Shown here piece by piece: positions 58,808 through 64,000 of a stretch of DNA of 64,000 nt. The stretch's first letter is position 1, and every line of letters starts with the position of its first letter. The notes under the pieces are model-generated. The model did no database searches and was not told the DNA's origin. It saw only the letters and a list, made by a program, of their open reading frames with translations. Source of the stretch: Deferribacterales bacterium (GTDB lineage: Bacteria; Chrysiogenota; Deferribacteres; Deferribacterales; Geovibrionaceae); the NCBI GenBank assembly GCA_050251875.1, contig JBFWMA010000004.1:32001-96000 (forward strand). Reading direction: 5' to 3'. The position numbers and the translations under genes were made by a program.

Positions 58808-58916
58808 TTATAGTCCTTGCATTATAATGTCTTATACAATATTCAAATAAATTAGATGTTGACAGTGCTTTATGAAATATTATATATAATATTTCATCAT
58901 ATTGCATCAGAAATAT

Positions 58917-58956
58917 TGGTGACAAATGGTGACATAATAGTGGCGATTTAGTGACA
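58917..58956 (+). repeat. Putative integrase arm-type sites
   Basis: TGGTGACA (58917), TGGTGACA (58927), TAGTGGCG (58938), TAGTGACA (58949); 10-11 bp phasing. Confidence 0.6.
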
Positions 58957-59008
58957 CGAAACGGAATCGAACCGAGAGCCACAGCACGGAATCTAATCAG
59001 GGTTGAAT

Positions 59009-60256
59009 ATGGCAGATTTACCAAAAGGAATTAGAGTCAGAGGAAAAAGCAAGCTGATTGAAATTAACCTCTATTACAAGGGTGAACGCCTATTTGTGCG
59101 TACAGGATTACCAGCAACTAAAGAAAACCTTAAACACGCAAACATTCTGCGTGAAACAATGATTAATGCAATCAAACATGACAAGCTCAATGGAACTGAA
59201 CATTTCAGCATTACCGACTACTTGCCAGAGTCAGGAAAGATTAACCAACTTTTAGGCATAAGCACTATAAACAAGGGTGCGACCTTTCAAGACTATGCAG
59301 AAAAATTCAGAAAAAGAATGTTCGAACGCTATGAGTCTGGAGAATATAAATACTCAGCGATTAAAAGCTACAAGACAGGATTAAGAAAACTTGAAACAGC
59401 CTGTTTCTATAAAATGAAAATGCGTGACATAAAGAAGTCACATATTCAGGAATACATCACCCAGTTACTAAGGACTTTGAGTAAAAAATCTGTGAATAAC
59501 ATGTTAACACCAATGCGTCAGGCTTTTGACATGGCTTTTCTTGATGAAGTTATTGACAGCGACCCAGCAGAAAGAGTTATAAGCCCTAGATTTGCTAAGC
59601 CTGAGATGCAACCCCTTACAAGAGATGAGGTGCTTTCTATATTTGCTTATTTGAGAGAACACCACCCCGAACATGCGGGCTATATTGCGTTTATTGCTTA
59701 TACTGGATGCAGAATAGGCGAGGCATTAGCGGCTAAGTGGAAATACCTGTCTCGTAATAATGATGAATGGACTTACTACATAAAAGAAAGCATAGTCGAA
59801 GGGAGAGAAGGCACGCCTAAGACTTTTGAAAGCATAAGGGAAGTACCTATTTTAAAGCCTTTAAAGCCATATATAGAAAAACAAGAAGCTATTTCATTGA
59901 CGACAAGCGAATACATATTCCCAAACCCCAGAACAGGCAGACCATACAGCAAGAACAGAACAGTCATAGAGAAAGTATGGAAGCCTACTTTGCAAAAACT
60001 GGAAATTCCATATAGAGACATGAAGCAGTTGAGACATACCCACGCCGTACTGTCTTTGATTGCAGAAGACAATCTGCATGACATAGCTAAAAGGCTTGGA
60101 CATGCAAACACTGGCATAACAACAAAAGCATATATTAAATACCACAAAGGCTATTCTAAACCTTCAAACCTTGAAACGTATTTAGATGAAAATATAGACT
60201 GCAATAGCAGTGATTTAACAAAAGGAGGCATTAAAGATGCAGATTCAAGTAACTAA
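59009..60256 (+). CDS. Tyrosine recombinase/integrase with N-terminal arm-binding domain
   Basis: TGCRIGEA, TPKT, QLRHTHA, RLGHAN, terminal Y (KAY). Confidence 0.93.
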   Translation: MADLPKGIRVRGKSKLIEINLYYKGERLFVRTGLPATKENLKHANILRETMINAIKHDKLNGTEHFSITDYLPESGKINQLLGISTINKGATFQDYAEKFRKRMFERYESGEYKYSAIKSYKTGLRKLETACFYKMKMRDIKKSHIQEYITQLLRTLSKKSVNNMLTPMRQAFDMAFLDEVIDSDPAERVISPRFAKPEMQPLTRDEVLSIFAYLREHHPEHAGYIAFIAYTGCRIGEALAAKWKYLSRNNDEWTYYIKESIVEGREGTPKTFESIREVPILKPLKPYIEKQEAISLTTSEYIFPNPRTGRPYSKNRTVIEKVWKPTLQKLEIPYRDMKQLRHTHAVLSLIAEDNLHDIAKRLGHANTGITTKAYIKYHKGYSKPSNLETYLDENIDCNSSDLTKGGIKDADSSN

Positions 60257-60404
60257 CCCATTTGACCACAGCGTAGTAGACAACAAGGAGGTGGTGGACA
60301 TCACACAAGCCCCAGAGAGAGCATTAGAGCGTGTTATGTACAACAAAGAGACAGAAGAATACATATTGCTCTGTGACCAACAAGCACTTGTCATTAAACC
60401 TTAA
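60237..60404 (+). CDS. Small hypothetical protein (55 aa; not in ORF track)
   Basis: AGGAGG RBS; MQIQVTNPFDHSVVDNKEVVDITQ...; overlaps the integrase end. Confidence 0.55.
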   Translation: MQIQVTNPFDHSVVDNKEVVDITQAPERALERVMYNKETEEYILLCDQQALVIKP

Positions 60405-60680
60405 TTTCGGTCTTATAAAGCAGACAGCAGAAAGCAAGCTGTCTGTTTTATATAGCTGAAATATACCGCCTAAGTGGTAGATGTCTTTCAATAAAAGGCG
60501 TTGATTTTTCATTTCAGTCTTGCTATATTTTTTTAAATCTAAAGGCATACCGCCTTAGATTATACCACCAAGTTAACAGGAGAAAATGACAACTATGGCA
60601 AACGCCAAATTGGTAGTTATGCACGCTATTGTTGCGTGCTCTGTTATAGAACTTGGAACGTATAATTTAAGGAGGAACAT

Positions 60681-61097
60681 ATGTTCAGCAACGGAATCGA
60701 AGCTCTTAATTTCATAAGAGAACACCAATCACATTCACATTTTAAATGTATGACTCAGGCAGTAATCGACTACGCACAAACTGGTCAAATGGAAGAAGCC
60801 TATGACCCTATTGAGGTTATTACATGCTATTCTGACCTTTTAAGGCTCAGTAAACAACTTCCGGGAGAGGACAGAGAAGTTTTGCAGGCTTACATCAACA
60901 ATGGTCTTGATGGTTATTATGGGGCTTTGGCTCTCATTAAGGCAAAGTACCCGGAGAACGCCACAGCTGAAATGCAAAAAGTAAAGTTTTTGATGTGTTT
61001 AGCAGGCTATGAACAGCTATTAAGAGAGCATGAATACATTACTGGTAATGTTGTCAGCATATTCAGTGCGTTGAACTCTCTTGAGGTAGCGGCATGA
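60681..61097 (+). CDS. Hypothetical protein
   Basis: AAGGAGG RBS; coupled to the next gene (ATGA). Confidence 0.7.
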   Translation: MFSNGIEALNFIREHQSHSHFKCMTQAVIDYAQTGQMEEAYDPIEVITCYSDLLRLSKQLPGEDREVLQAYINNGLDGYYGALALIKAKYPENATAEMQKVKFLMCLAGYEQLLREHEYITGNVVSIFSALNSLEVAA

Positions 61098-61954
61098 CGG
61101 ACTTTATGGAGAAAATAGAAGAGTACAAGCACCTTGTAGCAAAGCAGGTAAGAATCAAATCTAAATATTTTCAAGGGAAGGGAATTGACTCTGAAGAGTT
61201 AGAAAATGAATTAAGGCATGTGTTCCTTATTTTGCTGGGGCAAGCTATAGATGAACATGACCAAGCAAAAGGTGAGTTTAAAGCCTTCTATGGGAAGAAA
61301 GTCCTAAACTACTGCATGGACAGGCTCAGGGAGTTTGGACGTAAGAGTGTAACTTCTGAGGGTAAATTAGCTAGAGGGCTTGTCGACATAGATGAGTATG
61401 CAGACTATGAAGGCTACTGCAAAGAAAGTATTATGCTGTCGCTACCCGGGCAGGGTGAAAAGGCTCAATATAAATCAGCCCCAGACCATAGGCTAAGGTT
61501 AGTATTCGCTTGTGAAGGGCGTGTTGTTGCTCAACGAATGGCAAAATTAATGCAGTCTCAGGGTGGAATGTACAAACAGGTTACTTTCGGTGAGTTATGT
61601 TACTTGTTTTCACCGGGAAAGCCTATAATGAACAATTTGTTTGGAATTACTATGTACGCTCTCGCTTACGAACCGTGGGACAGACTGCATAAAACTGTTA
61701 AATCAGGGAGATTGCCAGATGACAGGCGGTGTGTAGTCATGACGAAAGATGACAGTGCGTTTAAGAGGCTTGAACAGCATTATAGACGGCACTCCATACA
61801 ATATAGGTCTTTTACTGATGGAGCAAAAAAATACTTTATTATGAATGATGTGCCTATGCTTCAAAAGGTTGATGACTTGTATTTTTTCTGGTTGCTCAGG
61901 AGGGATTGGAAAGAGGTTCATCATGAGCTTTCAGCAACATTAGAGTCCTTTTGA
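61094..61954 (+). CDS. Hypothetical protein with sigma-70 region-2-like N-terminus
   Basis: LLGQAIDEHDQAKGEFKAFYGKKVLNYCMDRLRE resembles the AIxxFDxxKGxxFxxYA...DYLR pattern. Confidence 0.6.
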   Translation: MTDFMEKIEEYKHLVAKQVRIKSKYFQGKGIDSEELENELRHVFLILLGQAIDEHDQAKGEFKAFYGKKVLNYCMDRLREFGRKSVTSEGKLARGLVDIDEYADYEGYCKESIMLSLPGQGEKAQYKSAPDHRLRLVFACEGRVVAQRMAKLMQSQGGMYKQVTFGELCYLFSPGKPIMNNLFGITMYALAYEPWDRLHKTVKSGRLPDDRRCVVMTKDDSAFKRLEQHYRRHSIQYRSFTDGAKKYFIMNDVPMLQKVDDLYFFWLLRRDWKEVHHELSATLESF

Positions 61955-62161
61955 TGTAGGTTTTGAGCCTTGTAAGTGCGGATTTTTTTTACTCAATAAT
62001 AACAATATATTAAGTGCCTTGTTGACTAAAATTCACATAAGTTGACAAGGCATTTTTCGTTTATGTATATAGAGAGGAAAATAACGTATAAGCCGTCAGT
62101 TGAAAATATAAATGTCAAGTTTGGTGTGATTCCTAACCCTAAGTTCATGCTAAACCCTAAG

Positions 62162-62198
62162 AGCCGTTGGTGGTGTAATGCCGCTGACGGCTTTTTTT
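62162..62198 (+). terminator. Leader terminator upstream of the RHH gene
   Basis: AGCCGTTGGTGG...CCGCTGACGGCT followed by a T-run. Confidence 0.7.
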
Positions 62199-62257
62199 AT
62201 TTGCACTGACTTAAATAACTTTAAAGAAGAATAAATAAATTCAGGAGGTAGAAAACA

Positions 62258-62437
62258 ATGACAAAGCTAGTCACTATTTCAGTGCCAGCCCATACGGTAC
62301 AGGCACTTGATGAAGCGGCAAAGAAAGAAGGCAGAAGCAGAAGCAACTTTATAGTTTTGGTTCTGAAACAGGCTTTAACACAGTTGCACACAACAAAAGA
62401 CATTAAAAACATACGCATAGGCGTAGAGGAGGATTAA
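62258..62437 (+). CDS. Ribbon-helix-helix (CopG-like) regulator (59 aa; not in ORF track)
   Basis: AGGAGG RBS; LVTISVP..TVQALDEAAKKEGRSRSNFI. Confidence 0.85.
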   Translation: MTKLVTISVPAHTVQALDEAAKKEGRSRSNFIVLVLKQALTQLHTTKDIKNIRIGVEED

Positions 62438-62439
62438 CC

Positions 62440-63138
62440 ATGAAGACAAGAACACTTGTCATAATAGCAGGCAAACTGCAAAGACCAGAAATACTGTCAG
62501 ACCTTGAGAGACTGACCAAACTAGAAAACGACATGGAAATAGTAAGAGCCAAACAGGCAACTTTACAAGAGATGCTAGACAGCATCAGACAGGACGGTCA
62601 GCACGGTTCAAAGATGGAAAAAGACCTAATGTTTAAAATCAATTCTCTTGATGACACAACAGCAAGACTGACAAAGCAGGCGGAAAAAGTACGCAGTGAA
62701 GCCATAGAAGAGCTTAAACACATTGCACTTGAAAAAGAGGTGGAGAAAGCCGCCGCCCAGACAGGCACGAACGCCAAAGGACTGGTTAAGGCGATTCTCA
62801 ATAAAGACGGAGTCAACTTTCAGTCAGACAGCGAAGGCAACTATTTTGTAACCTCTAAAGGCAAACTGTTAACAACAAGACTGGAAGAGATGAAAGCAGA
62901 CCCTGAAACATCAATCCTGTTCCAGAAACAGGAATCTAACAGCCGGGCGGAAACCAGAATGACTAATCAGGTCAATAAGCAAATCAGCCCGGCAGACAGT
63001 AAGGAAATAGCGGATTTTCTGAAATACAAGGGCAACCCATTTAAGAAAGAATCTCTTAATCTGACCATGCAGGGAAAGATTATAAAACTCATGCCTGAAA
63101 AGGCTGAGGAGCTTAGAGAAGAGGCTAAATATGCTTAA
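62440..63138 (+). CDS. Coiled-coil protein resembling phage capsid scaffolding proteins
   Basis: Long coiled coil; C-terminal NPFKKESLNLTMQGKIIKLMPEKAEEL. Confidence 0.6.
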   Translation: MKTRTLVIIAGKLQRPEILSDLERLTKLENDMEIVRAKQATLQEMLDSIRQDGQHGSKMEKDLMFKINSLDDTTARLTKQAEKVRSEAIEELKHIALEKEVEKAAAQTGTNAKGLVKAILNKDGVNFQSDSEGNYFVTSKGKLLTTRLEEMKADPETSILFQKQESNSRAETRMTNQVNKQISPADSKEIADFLKYKGNPFKKESLNLTMQGKIIKLMPEKAEELREEAKYA

Positions 63139-63316
63139 TATGTCATACGCTGAATACATAATGCTTTGTTGTGAGGCATCATTAGAGTTCATGGAAGGCA
63201 TACATGCTGGAAGGTTTACACCTGAACAGTTTGAAGAATATGCCAATGCCTTAGAACAGTTCTTTGCATTAGACGACATGTTCAAAGAGGCGAAACATGA
63301 GCCATGCCCAGCCTGA
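63131..63316 (+). CDS. Hypothetical protein
   Basis: GAGG RBS; overlaps neighbours in operon fashion. Confidence 0.55.
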   Translation: MLNMSYAEYIMLCCEASLEFMEGIHAGRFTPEQFEEYANALEQFFALDDMFKEAKHEPCPA

Positions 63317-63662
63317 GAAACACCGCATAGTCATAAACGGTCAGTATGTAGAAGTTACTCTTAAAGAGCTAATACAAGGCTACACAGAGAATGCACAACA
63401 TAAGCAGGCAAAAGAGACACAAAGACAGAAACAGCTTGATGACATTAACAGCCTTAACAGCATAGCCTTAATGAAGGCAAGACGGGTTATTACAGACAGT
63501 AAAAACATGTCAGACATCAAGCGGGCTTTGGACGTAGTGAAGACGGTTCAGGACGTTGTTGTAAATTCTAATGCAGTAGACAAGACACCTATTGACGGAC
63601 TTGTGGAAACATTAGCCGCATTGAGACAGTCAGCACTACCTTACATGCCTGAAAAAGACTAA
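63297..63662 (+). CDS. Hypothetical helical protein
   Basis: GAGG RBS; operon context. Confidence 0.65.
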   Translation: MSHAQPEKHRIVINGQYVEVTLKELIQGYTENAQHKQAKETQRQKQLDDINSLNSIALMKARRVITDSKNMSDIKRALDVVKTVQDVVVNSNAVDKTPIDGLVETLAALRQSALPYMPEKD

Positions 63663-63699
63663 ACATTTCAAATTTATTATTATTTATTTTGGGGGAAAC

Positions 63700-64000
63700 A
63701 TGACAAAAAAATCAGAGAAAGTGTCTGATGCTAAAAGGGATTTTAAAAACACCCTAAAAATCGGACAACTTTCTACACTGGAACAGGTTAGAAGAGCCTC
63801 AGCAAAGGCTATTAAAGAAGCGTGTGCAGGCAACTTTTCTTTTGAATATGCGTATAAGCTGGTGAACATGCTTAGAACTCACAAAGAGCTTATTAATGCA
63901 GAGAGAGAAGAGAAAGGCGCACAAGCAGACAGGGGAGTTTCTAAACTGCAAGAGCAAATCAACAAGAGGCTTGATGAACTCATTGTGGAAGAGAACACCA
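63700..64000 (+). CDS. Partial hypothetical protein (runs off the window)
   Basis: GGGGG RBS; open frame MTKKSEK...LSTLEQVRRASAKAIKEACAG...KRLDEL to the window end. Confidence 0.65.
   Translation, partial: MTKKSEKVSDAKRDFKNTLKIGQLSTLEQVRRASAKAIKEACAGNFSFEYAYKLVNMLRTHKELINAEREEKGAQADRGVSKLQEQINKRLDELIVEENT

Larger units (their letters stand above)
58788..64000. mobile_element. Integrative element (phage satellite or prophage remnant), continuing beyond the window
   Basis: att fragment, integrase, abrupt shift to AT-rich sequence, run of small co-oriented phage-like ORFs. Confidence 0.85.

Noticed and set aside
58720..58810. Intact tRNA or tmRNA gene
   Set aside because: Only the T-arm and acceptor 3' strand are present; no 5' half, D-arm or anticodon arm.
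60324..60548. 74-aa minus-strand ORF in the island
   Set aside because: Weak RBS, overlaps a better-supported plus-strand ORF and has no recognisable domain; cannot be supported, though not excluded.

Overview
Bacterial chromosomal window from an anaerobically respiring Gram-negative organism. Gene content and style suggest Deferribacterota or similar; this is inference only. Left to right: a partial M23-like gene, proS, an MscS channel and a PilB/PilC (GspE/GspF) pair. Next is a small GIY-YIG nuclease inside a 141-bp-period array of REP-like inverted repeats, then ccdA and a ccmEFABCD cluster whose CcmE is the CxxxY type. Housekeeping and signalling genes follow, then a hybOABC-D [NiFe] hydrogenase operon. 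An NtrC-family activator and a sensor-less kinase sit beside a sigma54 promoter that drives an unannotated ~195-nt structured RNA. After many PAS/HK/GGDEF/HD-GYP genes comes an accessory block (~48.3-58.4 kb). From ~58.8 kb to the window end lies an AT-rich integrative element: a tyrosine integrase at a tmRNA/tRNA-Ala-like 3' att fragment, with satellite-like genes. Top leads: (1) the GIY-YIG/REP cassette with internally deleted tandem copies and dispersed solo repeats, a possible non-RAYT REP mobility system; (2) a LuxO/Qrr-like circuit of kinase, enhancer-binding protein, four copies of a 16-bp site and a sigma54 sRNA; (3) an NPNND-repeat micro-protein with a partner gene; (4) a satellite-like island carrying a lone scaffold-like gene. 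All family assignments come from motif recognition by eye, not database searches.
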